Of a stretch of 64,000 nt of DNA, positions 11,305-24,200 are shown one piece after another. The stretch is from positions 1 to 64,000 of the forward strand of contig JADIIX010000079.1 in NCBI GenBank assembly GCA_027604505.1. Reading direction: 5' to 3'. The DNA is from Gonapodya sp. JEL0774. Taxonomy: Eukaryota. The notes below the pieces were generated by a model. That model did not search any database, was not told where the DNA came from, and was given only the letters and a program-made list of their open reading frames with translations. Numbering within the stretch: position 1 is the first letter of the stretch; the number at the start of each line of letters is the position of its first letter. The translations under genes were made by a program, and so were the position numbers.

Positions 11305-13116
11305 ACTATTCAAAGGAGGTGGCACGTTTTTGTGGATGTTTCTTTATTATTTTAAGAATTGTGTTGCAATTGAATCGTTCTTCTCAACAGGGAACTGCGT
11401 TCGTGTGCCACCTACAGCCACGACACCTGGGTGTTTCTTGGCACTTCTGGTTCGTGAAAAGTACCGAGACCGCTTTTTCAATTTAACTGCGCGGGATGAT
11501 CTTCTGACGGCTGGCGACGGCAGTGGAGATCGTGAGTTTGATCCGGACAACAGAGATCGAGAGGGCGGAGAAAATATCACCCCATCTGACCCAATCAAGT
11601 CTCCTCGACGGAGAAGACGAAGACGTGGGTCATCCTTGTCGGCGCCAACGAGAAGAGCCATCGAGTCGCAAAGTGGTGACACAGACCACTCAGGGCTCGT
11701 AGCAAGAGCCGCAAGCATGCCAACTCTGTCCGTGTTGGGATTAGGAGATCGCGGTTTCAGAACTGGTCTTGACGTGTGGAAGCATGCTGCTGGAGGTGGT
11801 GCGTCACCGCGACCTGTAGGATTGGAGGTAATGGGGACTGCAATAAGCTGGCCTCATGGACTTGGTGAAAGGAGTGGAGACGGAGATGGGACTCCGATAC
11901 AGCGCAGGAAGGAAAGGAAGAGAGTGGAGGAGAGGTGGTCGTATCCGGTGAGTTGGAGCAATGAGTCTGCGCTGACGAATCCAAAGATGTAACCATGATG
12001 ATGATTCGCTTTTCAACATTATTGTCTCTCTGTCCGACATCGTAGGTTCCGAATCCGAAAGTGTGGAAATGAAGGCAGTGATGATATGTATGGATGTTGA
12101 GCTGTTTGCAAAAAATGCGTCTGGACGGGAACAATTAGTAGGTCCCATTGTGTAAACATATTTCATGAATGGAATTCACAGCCGTGATGAGAGAGATGAT
12201 GGTCAATCCAGCCAAAGAACAATACTGCAGTACCTCGAGCAGTTGTCGGCGGCGATTGCGGATGATAGCTGGGGAGCGACTAGAATGCCTTGTGGTGGTA
12301 TGGGCGCGTGGGAATGCACTCTCACACGGTCTTTTATGAGGTGCAACTATCGATGGAGCATACTCGGCTGGGGAGCATCTGTGATGAAGTCAGCCATGTT
12401 GGCTGCTCGTGGATGGTACTAGGAGGGGAACATCATGTGAAAATGGACCAGGCGCATTTTGGCAAAACGCATCAGTTCAGGTCGGGAAAGAATGCTTGTT
12501 CCATTTTTCGTTCATTTATCGACATGGGGGGAAGAAATGTTGGTTGGCGTGTTTCGTTTCGGGGTGAACAGGGTGGTAGAGAAGCGTATCGGGAATAGAG
12601 TTTTCAAGACCCGTCATCTGCGCCAGAATCACTCCCGTCTTCTGCTGATCGTCTCAGGTGATTTGGTGCGGCGTCCTCTCTTCAACCTGACTCACCATAT
12701 TACGGTATCAGTCACTGAACACCGACTTAATTGGCACGGCGAGCACCGTCAAAACTGGCCAAAATGGGACTTTTGACTGTGACCGGACAAAGAGTGTTTG
12801 CAGACCCCCATATGGAGTGACGTTGCTCCCTGACCGGACATGTCCTCATCCATGCCCGTCTTCAACACGAGTCCATAGCACGAAGCGGCTCGTTCAACCG
12901 CTGGGAACAACTTTACTGGTCTCGTTGAAGCATAAATACATACTTGGGTGCTTGTTTGTTGTTTTGTACAATACCTGCCCCTGCCTCAGTTCTTTGGGAG
13001 GCAAACCCTTGATCACAAGAAAGCCAGGTCCTTGTTTCGGCGATTAAAAATGTCTCCGACGGTTTTAGGAAATCCGAAGCTTCACGTAGCCGTTTCGAAT
13101 CACTGCGTATCAAAGA

Positions 13117-14700
13117 ATGGACGGCCATCGGTACAAGACCGTCGCTTTCTTGTCACTCGCGCTCGTGTTCTGCGGAGTCGCCGTGTCCAACCCGATCCCT
13201 CCTTCACGATGCAATAACTATACGATCCTCGCTGGCACCTACAACGCGGCCTTGCTGCGGTTGGTCCTCGATCCTAACGCTCCTTCGCTCACCTTGGCTG
13301 AAACCATTCCCCTCAACACGTCGAAAGGAGGTCCATTCAATGCGACCAATCCATCGTGGCTGGAACCTCATCCGACAGATCCGAGATTGGCTTTTGCTGC
13401 TGACCAATCCCCGGTCGGAAGGGTCGTCTTGTTCCGCACTAGTTTGAACGGGTCTGTCTCGCATGTCGCGTCTGCTCCCTCAAATGGATACCGCCCTGCT
13501 CATGTCGGTACCACAAAGGACGGAAAGTGGGTTTTTCTGCCTCACTATAACGATGGACACTTTGTGGCCATCCCGGTGGATGTTTCGGCGGGATCGGCGG
13601 CGTTCAACACAAATCATTCGACGCTTCAAGTATACAATGGGACTGGGCCGAATTCAGCGCAAGCAGGGCCACATCTGCATATGGCGGTGAAGCATCCGTT
13701 TTCTGGGCGTGTGTTTGTTGTCGATCTTGGATGTGCGTGTTCTCTCCGTCTTTCTTGGCCGTAAAGGTTACAAACCTCACATTCACTCCCCAACAGCTGA
13801 CCGCATCCATGAACTTCGCCTCAATTCATCCAACTACTGGGTTCCAGTACAGAGCATTGTTGTAAACCCTCCGGGAACTGGACCTCGCCACATGAGGTTC
13901 TCACCAGATGGTAAACCGTTGCACTTTGCACCCTCATCAGAAGTCGGCCTATCTCTCTTTTGCTCATGTTGTGTTTCTCCTCTGCTATAGGCACAAGTGC
14001 TTTCCTGGTCGCTGAACTCGCTTCCACGCTTCACACTTACCGTGTGGCATCCCCACCCAGGGGAAGCGAAGAACCCACCGTGTTCACCGAGGTGACAGTT
14101 ATGAGTGTTGCCCCGCCAGGAGCTCAGAGCTATAATTCAAGCTTACCGCTTGGAGCAGGTGAGATCCTCCTCACAAAAGATGGGACGCAGCTCGCAGTGA
14201 CCATCAGGTGAGAGTACCGGCACTCTGTGCGGGTTCGTCTTGCATCAAATATGCGAAGATTGTTACCTATGCTTAGTGGTGATTAATTTTTTCCTTCAGA
14301 AACGACGCAAACCCGCTTGGTGATGCCATCGGCATGATCTCTCTCGAGAGCCCCTTCTCACCAACCATAGTCGGTTCTCCGACTTTCTACCGAACTGGTG
14401 GAATCCAAGCTCGGGGAATGGAGTTTGACCCTACAGTGCGTACTGCTTCGGGCTTTACTGGCCCCTTGTACAGTGTTCGGTGTTTGTCATCCCTGTCACC
14501 TAGTGCGCTCTGAACTTCTTTCGTTTTGTCCTTCTCCATCTTAATTTCGTCAACAGGACAGGTACCTCATTGCGGGAAACCGCTTTTCTGCATCGATGAT
14601 TGCGTTTGAAAGATTGTCGAACGGTACGCTTCTAGAGCTGGCACGTCTCAACGTTACGCAAGGGACGGAAGTTGCCACGTTCTTATGGGTCAAAGAATGA
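13117..14700 (+). CDS. Secreted lactonase, 7-bladed beta-propeller (6-phosphogluconolactonase / cycloisomerase-2 family)
   Basis: Signal peptide (VAFLSLALVFCGVAVS). Motifs NPSWL, PAHVGTTKDGKWVFLPHYNDG, QAGPHLHM, FVVDLG|ADRI, PPGTGPRHMRFSPDG, RGMEFDPT|RYLIAGNR. Confidence 0.85.
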
Positions 14701-15414
14701 AAGGATAACGAGATCGTCAAATCATTCAAATATGTCGCACTGTGCCTCAATTTACCTGGTGCGAGAGAGCACTGCCATGGGAGGTACGGTATGACAAGCA
14801 GACAATTTTCTTGAGATTCTAGAATGAGTTTTCCATATCGCCAATATATCTTTAAGGACATTTAAATTGACCGCCATGGGCTCTGTGGAGAAGTCAACAA
14901 ATGAAACCAGAATCTAAAGCATCTGAACCTGCATATTATTTTATATCGGGAATATTATTTTATATCACCACAAATTTCAAAAGGGGAGGAATAGAGGATC
15001 CGGATCGGTGGGTTCGCCAAAACATGGACGACGCCTCTCGGAGTTGAAAACACAGGTGGCGCGTCAGGTAGGAGAAGGGATTCGTTCCAGCTCAGGAACA
15101 CGTGTCAGATTCATTCCTTTGAGCAAAACGCACTCCCAGCTCCATCGCGTTTTCTTTCTGCCCGAAGAAACGTCGTTTGATCGCGACAGGACATTGGTGG
15201 AACTTCAAATCTAAAGTCATCTCTTTCGTCCTACCCCACCCATCCGTGCGTTTCTCCTATTCAACCGATCAAACTTTCTACCGCGGTGCTGCAGCACTCG
15301 GCAGTCTCTCGGATTTTGAATCCAGTGATCAATCGTATTCTTTGGTCGTGCTCCTGGCTGATTCTTCCACGATTGGGTTCCCACCACCCAAGTAGTCCGA
15401 TTCACATCCAACTA

Positions 15415-16762
15415 ATGTCTTTCGGTTTCTCCGGCACCGAGAGTGGGAGTATGGGATATGCAGATATGAACTCTCATGGTGAGCTGGTGGAACGACTTGG
15501 CCATGCTCCGTCAAAGGAGTTAATTCATCACTTCACCCCCAAACTTTCTTGGAACAGCCATCTCAAACCCTACGTTTTTGATCCAACCACCATCGCCAAT
15601 CTTTGGCAGTATCCCGACACACAGTCCTTTTCCGCCTGCTTCGCTCTTTGGAGCCAGGGATATGTCATCAGCTTCATGTCCGCAACCAGGCAGTCACATC
15701 AGTTATCCCGATCGGACGAAGTTCACTGCACCTCTTTGGGCGAACAACAACTCGATACACTCCAACCATGTTATTCATCCTTCATCTTCCCAAAACTTTG
15801 AATCACCTGATCTCACCGAAATCATGCACACGTTCACTTGCGCTTACATCCTGTACTTTGGTGAGGTCAACAAACTCACTGCGGAAGCCCACCCAACATT
15901 GCCATCAGGGGATATACGAACACTCATACGCCAAACCTGGAAACAATTGTCGGATGAATCGCGGAAAATGTACCTTCAACGCGCTTCAGAACTTTCGAGG
16001 GAGGTCACTGTGGAACAACAGGGGGTGCTGCAAAGGTTGGCCCAAACTACGGCGCAGGCGCCGATCTATGACTCGGGTGCTTCTTGCATTCCTGACACCG
16101 TGAACAGGCACTTGGCGCTGAACTCCACTCAAATGCAACCAATGCTTTATCCTGCGCCCTCCCCATCATCCTCCCTGCCCGAAACCGAAATCTCTAATAC
16201 CGATGCTGTTTTTAGTCTCCACGACCAATCTCAATCTTGGACAGGTGCTGGATCATCTCTCCACGTGAACGACACGCCAAACGCCCCTGGAGACGCGTTT
16301 GGAAGTGTCTCGGCACGAAGCGAACTCACTTTCGGCCCTTCGTCGGGAGAAACCCCCGTTTCTGAATCTGACCGCACAAATTCCAGTGGGCAAAAGACAC
16401 TGGCACCACCTCCTGTTTCAGCGAGGCATAAGCGTTCCCGATCCTCGGGTCACTCCTCCGGAGGAGAAGCAACGGACTGCTCTGTCAGCACCGCGACGAA
16501 ATCCAAGACGAGGAAGAAGTCTCGTCGGGACCCTGCTGCTCCAAAACATCCCAGGTCAGCTTTCTTACACTATCTCACCAGTGTTATGCCGTTGTACACG
16601 GAACAACATCGCGGACTCTCCATTGGAATGAAAGCAAGGTTGATCAGCGAAGATTGGAGCAACTTACCGGCGGAGGCAAAGGAAGAGTATGTGAAGCGTT
16701 CGGACTTGGACAAGCAACGTTACCGCGAAGAGAAGGAGGCCATGCAAGAAAGGAATCGATAG
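15415..16762 (+). CDS. HMG-box protein (one divergent N-terminal box, one HMGB/Nhp6-like C-terminal box); start exon uncertain
   Basis: CAYILYFGE...IRTLIRQTWKQLSDESRKMYLQRA, and RDPAAPKHPRSAFLHYL...ARLISEDWSNLPAEAKEEYVKRSDLDKQRYREEKE, in ORF 15578-16762. Confidence 0.85.
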
Positions 16763-17559
16763 GTGGACAGTTTGGTCATGTCGGAACAAGATTTTGGAAC
16801 GCTCACAAACATTGGGCATTCGATACCATATAGTCCGGTATTAGACAGGTTTCTCGTATTATGTACATTTTATATCCATATTTACGATCTCGAGTGCACG
16901 ACAGATGAGAAATCCAAACGCGAACTCGTCTATTCATCTGTTTGGGACTTCGCCCTTTGATGTTCTGCTCTCGCACCAGTGAGTCTATTTGTGCCAAGCA
17001 CCTCGATATGGGCGGCTCAAGTTTGCGGTCCCACCCGCGTCGGTCACTCCACTTGCCCGACCAACATATTATCCCACACAAAGTCACCGCCTCAAATGCT
17101 GATTTTCGAGAAAGAGAGACAAACATGTATGTTGCCAATCTGAGAGGGGAAGAATCGAGGACAGATGAGCAATGTATCAGAAGGGAAGATCTGTCCATCA
17201 GCGTTCATGTTTTGAGTGTTTGGTAGAACTATGGCTTTGGGCATAATCCGATCTTTGGACTTTTCAAATCGCAGAAATCGCAGAACTGGACCACCGACAT
17301 CATGGGTTGGTGATGATAATATATTGCAGCGCAAAACACGGACTAGGACCCATTGGATCGCACATTCCTTTGCGGTAGAATATATAACATTTTTGGGACT
17401 TTCCTGTATGCGATATTTCGATCGTCCAAAATCAATGATGATGCTGGTCAGAGAATTCCCCGAGATGATCATGTTCTCTGCAATTGAGCCTATCGCATTC
17501 TGTGCAGAGACAAAATTTTCATGGATGTGCTCGAACATTCGCTTGCGCAATTTGTCTTT

Positions 17560-17790
17560 GGGAGGGGGGGGGGGGGGGTGGGCGTGTGTATGGAGAGTGT
17601 GGGGTAGGGGTGAAGANNNNNNNNNNTGTCTCTCTCCGTCTCTGTGCCTCGCCGGCTCTGGCGTCCTCTTTCCCGGTGTCGGGGGGGGGGCGGGGCGCCG
17701 CGCGGGGGGGGGGGCGGGGGGGGGGCGGGGGGCGCCCCCCCCGCCCCCGGGCGGGTGTATGGAGAGTGTGGGGTAGGGGTGAAGAGCGTG
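17560..17790. other. Assembly gap with poly-G/C low-quality flanks and a duplicated ~31-bp sequence
   Basis: A 10-N gap at ~17617-17626, long G runs, and GTGTATGGAGAGTGTGGGGTAGGGGTGAAGA on both sides (~17586 and ~17755). Confidence 0.75.
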
Positions 17791-18218
17791 TATCGGACAA
17801 AAGGGATCCGGAACGGACCGCCAAGACATATCATAATTTCCTGTTTCCGAGAACTGTCTCATTGTGCTTTCAGCCAAAAAGCGGATCCTTCAAAGTCAGA
17901 GTAGAATTGCTGTGGGGACTCATAAGTACATTTACTTATATTTATGTGGAATGACTTCGGTGTGACCAATGCTGAGATCGCAAAAACGCCAGCCCGACCA
18001 TCGGCGATTGTGGTTAGTCGCATTGGATTTTCAGCCACTTGGTCGCCGGATGCGTATTATTCCAAAAAGGGGTTTTCACGGAGGAACGCATCGGACAAGT
18101 GGGAGGACCCGCTCCTCATTCCACCGAATGAAGAAAATAACCGAGCGATCAACATCACATCGAACATTTTCCAGCGATCGATAACGGTGCTGCGCTTCAC
18201 AGATCGCAGACAGATCGC

Positions 18219-21200
18219 ATGAGGATGGGGAGGAGTAACACGTTACTGCTCATTCTCGTTGGGGTGATATCATCCGGCTGCTTGATCGCCGGGTCTCTCG
18301 GACAATCAGCCCCATCAACCATTCAGACCGCGGACTGTTTCGGAGAATCATGTGAGCTCTATCGACAGTTGCTTGAATCATGCACAGTTTTCACATGGCA
18401 ACCCCAGGTGGCGATGCGACGTCCCCGGAGTTGCACAAACGTCAGACGACCCGCACATGCGACTCCATCTACGCCGCGTATCTGGCTGGCACTAAGATGA
18501 CTTCGCAAGATTACAAAGATTGGACGGTGTGTTATTTTTGCCTCGATCTAGCTCAGCTTCATTCTTCTGAATTATCGTGTCATCTCCAGGCATGGTCTTG
18601 CCGGACTTGGTTTCCAAGTGGTGAGTCGACTTCTTTGACACTCACAGTGAATCAATCGACTGGAATTCATGTACGTTACCTCCATCAGGCATAGGGGCTA
18701 CAACCACCAGAACAAAGACAACGAGCAAAACTATCACAACCACTGTCCGCACCTGCGATTCCATCTACGCAGCCTATCGAGCGGGCACCAAGATGACCGC
18801 GAAAGACTACAGCGATTGGAAGGTGATTTTGGACTTTTGCATCTGTCTGGCAAATTTTTCATGGAGATTCACATTCCCCTTTCAGGCGTGGTCGTGCGCC
18901 ACATGGTTCCCGCTTGGTTAGTTCATTCCCTTATCGACCCCTCCCCCATGTCTCCGTGACACCTCTCTCTCACACATTGACTCACCAATAATCCTTTTCA
19001 GGCATTGGAGCTACGACAACCAAAGTGACCACTTCCAAAACGAGGACAACGAGCAAGACCACCACAGCTCGGACCTGCGATTCGATCTACGCTTCCTATG
19101 TGGCGGGAACAAAGTTAACCGCGAAGGATTATAGTGATTGGCAGGTACGCCTGTTTCGTGTCTCCAGTTGGGCCACCAATGCCCCGCTTTGAACTCTTCT
19201 TCTGCGATACTCGTGCTCAGTCATGGAGTTGTGTCACATGGTATCCTCAAGGAATTGGTGCTACTACAACCAGGGTTACTACTACGAAAGTGACTACCTC
19301 GAAAACAGCAACCTCTACCAAGGTTACCACTTCGAAAACAGCAACGTCCACCAAGGTGACCACCTCGAAAACAGCAACCTCTACAAAGGCCACCACTTCG
19401 AAAACGGAGACTGCAACCAAGCAGACCACTTCGAAAACCGCAACCTCTGTGAAGGAGACGACCTCCAAAACCGAGACTGCCACCAAGGAGACCACTTCGA
19501 AAACCGCAACCGCTACGAAGGAGACTACTTCCAGAACAGAGACTGCCACGAAGGTGACCACATCGAAAACAGCAACCGCTACCAAGGTTACTACATCCAA
19601 AACAGAAACTGCGACGAAAGTCACTACGTCGAAGACCTTGACTTCAAGCAAGGTCACGACAACCAAGTCCCAGACCCAGACGAAATCGTAGGTTACCATT
19701 ACTTCAAGAGCACCGACCGACTTGCTGCTTTAACTGTCCATGTACCCTCTCTCACCCAACTATTGCCGCTGTATAGATCATCCACAAAAACTGCCACATC
19801 GACCAAAGTCACTACCACCAAGGTTACCACGACCAAGTTCACCACGACGAAGAAGCAAACCAGTACCAAGACATCGAGTCGGACCACAACGTCTACCACG
19901 TACACTCATGTGGCCAACTATCCGCTCAATGTTCCGCCTTGGGCTATCGTCGTCGCTAAGGATGGCTCGGGACAGTTCACCGATATCCAATCCGCTGTTG
20001 ACTCGATCCCAGCGCACAACAAGGTCGAAAAGGTTATCTACATCAAGGCGGGTCTGTACGACACGTCGCAAATCTGGATTAATAATACGTATATCACCCT
20101 TGGTGAGTGTGGTATAGCGATGCCGCAGAGCACATTTTTGCGCTGACCCAAAGTGGTTCTGTGCAGTGGGCGACGGTATCGGCAAAACGATCATATCGTA
20201 TGGGCTCAACAAGCCTCTTTACGAAGCGATGAACCCTGGGACCACCAGTGGAAGTTTTGAATCAGCGACGGTCAAAGTTCGAGGCAAATTCTTCAAAGCC
20301 TTCGATATCACCTTCCAGAACACTGCGCCAACCAACGCTTCCGGGGTACAGGTAAGAGGTGTCGCTTTTTGTTTTTGTTGTCTCTTCATCATTTTTGCTT
20401 TTTCGGGTGCTTAGGCTCCAGCGTTTTACATGCATGCCGACAATATGTACATTGAGAACTGTGCATTTTATTCCTGGCAAGACACGTTGCTCGATTACAA
20501 GGGCACCAATCACTGGTACAAGAATATTTATGTTTTTGGTGATGGTTAGTCTGGTTAGCCAGTGGGAGAGCGAGCGATAGTGGGGTCTCACAGCGTTGCT
20601 TTTTAAAGTGGACTTTGTGTGGGGTTACGGAAGGTCTATTTTCCAAAACTCGGAGTTCCACGTTGGAAATAGACCGATGCGGGTCAATGGAACGGTGAAA
20701 TCTAGCAAAGGCTATGTCGTTGCGAATGGAGGTACGTGCGTTCTTACCCAACTTGATGTGAGTAACCGGTGCTCATGTCCGTGTATAATTTTTAAGCCAA
20801 GCCCGGTGGCTCCAAAGCAAATTCTTGGTTCTGGATTTACAATAGCTCCATAAGCGGTCCGTTCCCACGCATTTTTAAGCATCGAACGTTGGATCCTCTG
20901 TTGTAACACTTTTGCATTTGCAGCGGATCCCAACACTGACGTCTACCTTGCCCGGCCGTGGGGAACACTCGCCGCTGCGACGTTCCAAAATGTGTACATG
21001 CCTAGCTCGGTTCTTCCTGTGGGATACATCAACATGTCGTCGTTTTATCCCAAAGACACGAACTATTGGGAAGGTGAATTCCGGCAGCCATCGCTTATGT
21101 CTCTTCGTCTGTGAGTGAGAGCTGCGAGACTCAGAAAATTTCCTTCTCCAGTCAATGCTACCAATACTGGACCCGGCGCAGACACCTCGAAAAGAGCTCC

Positions 21201-24200
21201 ATATGTGCATCAAACAAACCACAATCTCACATTCTCCGAATTTTTCACAACGGATACCACGTGGCTCACCTCCGTGACAAAGTATGGTGCCAGCGTTGAC
21301 CAAGGTGCCGGGTACTTCCAACGATGCTGCACGTACTTCGCGCCGCCTGTTGTCGGCGTCCCGGTTGCCGATTACCCTGACAACGTGCTCTCAAATGCTA
21401 TCGTGGTTGCGAAAGATGGCAGCGGCAACTTCACTTCTGTTCAAGCTGCAATTGACAGCGTGCCAAACCCCAATGCTGCCGAGCAGGTCATATATATCAA
21501 AGCCGGTAATTACTCCGACTCTCAGATTGAAATCAACACGGACTACATCACGTTAGGTAATTTTCTGCCCTTCCTCATCGATTGAGGATGTGTTACTGAT
21601 AACGTGTGTGTGTTCTCTCTTCCAAAGTTGGGGACGGTATGAATGCAACAACCATATCATACTATCTCAACAACCGTAAGTAATTTGAACAATCGCAAGG
21701 CAGCACTCTGATTTTTACCGTGGTGGGCCGTCTTCTTTGGCGCATTCATCCCTTATGATCAGCTCTGTGGTCCGCCCTGTACCCCGGCGCTTCAGGCGCC
21801 AGCTTTGAATCCGCTACGGTTAAAGTCCGTGCACGTTACTTCAAAGCATTCGACATCCGCTTCGAAAACACAGCTCCCACGAATACGACCCAAGCTCAAG
21901 CACCTGCGTTCTATGTCAATGGCGACAATGTGAGTCTGCTCCGTTGTTAAGATCCGTGCCACCATGGGCCACATCCTCTTTGGTGCAGAGCTACGTTGAG
22001 AACTGTGCCTTCTATTCGTGGCAAGACACTCTTCTAAGTTACAAAGGAACAAACCAGGTCTTTAACAACGTGAGTGTTTGTCAATCACGACCATTGTTTT
22101 AAATCAAATTAAATCTCTTCGTGCTCTCTCTTTACGCACTCAGTGTTACATTTTTGGAGACGGTGAGGATTCGTCTCGGACTCAGAAATCGTGCACGCAG
22201 AGTATTTTCTCACCGACTCTCCGTCGCCTGTTTTTAATTTTAGTGGATTTCATATGGGGTTATGGCCGAGCCATGTTTGTTAACTCCGAGTTCCATGTGG
22301 GCAACCGAGCTCTCCGATTGAGTGGATCGAACGCGGCTTGGAAGGGATATGTTGTCGCATCGGGAGCAAACGATGGAACGTACGCGAACTCAGCATTTTG
22401 GCTCGTCAACAGTAGCATCTCAGGTAAAGATCATGTTACGCTGATCCCGATTCTTTGATAACAGCTTACCTGTATCGGACTGGTAGCCGATAATGGAGTC
22501 AACGTTTATCTGGGTCGGCCTTGGGGAAACCGACCTGCGGCAACATTTCAGGGTATTTTTATGCCAGGGTCGGTGAGTTGAAACTAAGGCTCGGTGGAAG
22601 CCATGATGATGTGATTGCAACTCGTTATTGACTTACTGTGCGTTCTAAGGTTGATCCAACAGGCTTCATCCCAATGTCGACTGCACCAGCAACAACCGAG
22701 TACTACGAAGTCAATACGACAAACACTGGACCCGGAGCCGACACCTCGCAGAGGGTGTCATGGGTGCACCAGACGAGCAAAGGCTTGACATTCGATGCAT
22801 TCTTCACTAGCGGCACATCTTGGCTAAAATCCGTGTCTAAGTATGGGGCTAGTGTCAAGCAAGGAAGCGGATATTTCCAAAGATGCTGCAGTGGAAACTA
22901 CACAGATCCTTCGACCATTCCAGCCACCACTGTCACAGGGTATCCCGCCAACGTTCTTTCAAATGCAATCGTGGTTGCCCTGGATGGTTCTGGAAATTTC
23001 ACGTCGATTCAAGCGGCTATTGACTCGGTGACGGTAACGAACAAAGAGCAAGTCATTTACATCAAAGCTGGTAGCTACGCTGGGTCTCAAGTTACCATCA
23101 CCAAAAATTATATAACGTTGGGTAAGTCATAATCTTCTCAGTTGAATCGGGTCAGTGCAGTGAGCCTTTCGTTTGATTCCAGTGGGTGACGGAATCGGTC
23201 GAACCATCATCACAAACAAGTACAACAATCCTATGTGGGCTGCGGATCATCCTGGCCAAAGCGGCGCAAGCGCTTACTGTGCTACAGTTCGCGTCACTGC
23301 TTCCTATTTCAAAGCATTCGATCTCACCTTTGAGAACACTGCGACATCGGACCAAGCACCAGCATTCTATATTCAAGGTAATAATCTGTACATCGAAAAT
23401 GTTGCTTTCCTATCTTGGCAGGACACCCTCCTCTCTTGGACTGGAAGTAACCAAGTATTCAACAATGTGGGTCCAAAGTATCTCCGGAAGATATGCTCAA
23501 ATCGCCGATGTATCCAACGCCACTTCCTTTTCTTCTATTCACCAAACCTATGCTCTATTTAGTGTTACATTCGTGGTGATGGTGGGATTCACGTGTCTTT
23601 CATACACTGTCCAGTACACTCACATCCAATTCGTTTATTCCGCTCTCACTCGACACAGTTGATTTCATCTGGGGGTGCGTTTCTCGATCATTTTTTACTG
23701 CAAAAGCACTCTAAAAATTTCGTCTGGCATAGTTATGGAAGGGCCGTGTTCCAGAACTGCCAGTTCCATGTTGGCAATAGGCCGCTCACCCTCTATGGCA
23801 CTAATACAGAGTGAGTACGCCGGGGGTTTGGGACTAATCGGTTGAGTCAATGACAATCGCAACTGAAACAAATTCGTAGTTGGTGGGGATCTGTGGTAGC
23901 AAACGGTGCAACTCCAACATCGTACTCGACCTCTTGCTTCTGGATGTACAATTCGACGATAAGCTGTAGGTTTTGAACGTTTTGAGCCCTGATTTATCAC
24001 ACGTGTTCATGTTTTGTTCGACTCCGAAAATGTAGCGGATGTGCGTACCACGGCATATCTTGGCAGGAATTGGGGAACACTTCCTTGCGCGTACTTCCAG
24101 TCAGTCATCATGCCTGCGTCAGTTCCGGCGGTGGGATACTCAGCGATGACTTCGGGTAACATCTCTACCAATTACTTCGAAGTTCAAGGCACCAATACCG

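Noticed and set aside
11340..12780. Several overlapping ORFs on both strands
   Set aside because: No recognisable motif or consistent splice model.
14933..14966. 15-bp direct repeat ATATTATTTTATATC x2
   Set aside because: Short AT-rich local duplication with no supporting context.
15578..16762. HMG gene as a mating-type (SexP/SexM-like) locus
   Set aside because: The C-terminal box is HMGB/Nhp6-like (DPxAPKxPxSAF) and the triose-phosphate transporter / RNA helicase flanks of Mucorales sex loci are absent.
17560..17790. G-quadruplex or Pro-rich ORFs
   Set aside because: G runs flank an N gap and a duplicated 31-mer; most likely a low-quality assembly join.
19223..20146. 307-aa ORF with NRNxYQGDHFE repeats, and Val-rich antisense ORFs here and at 40300-42230
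   Set aside because: Frame or strand shadows of Thr-rich coding repeats.
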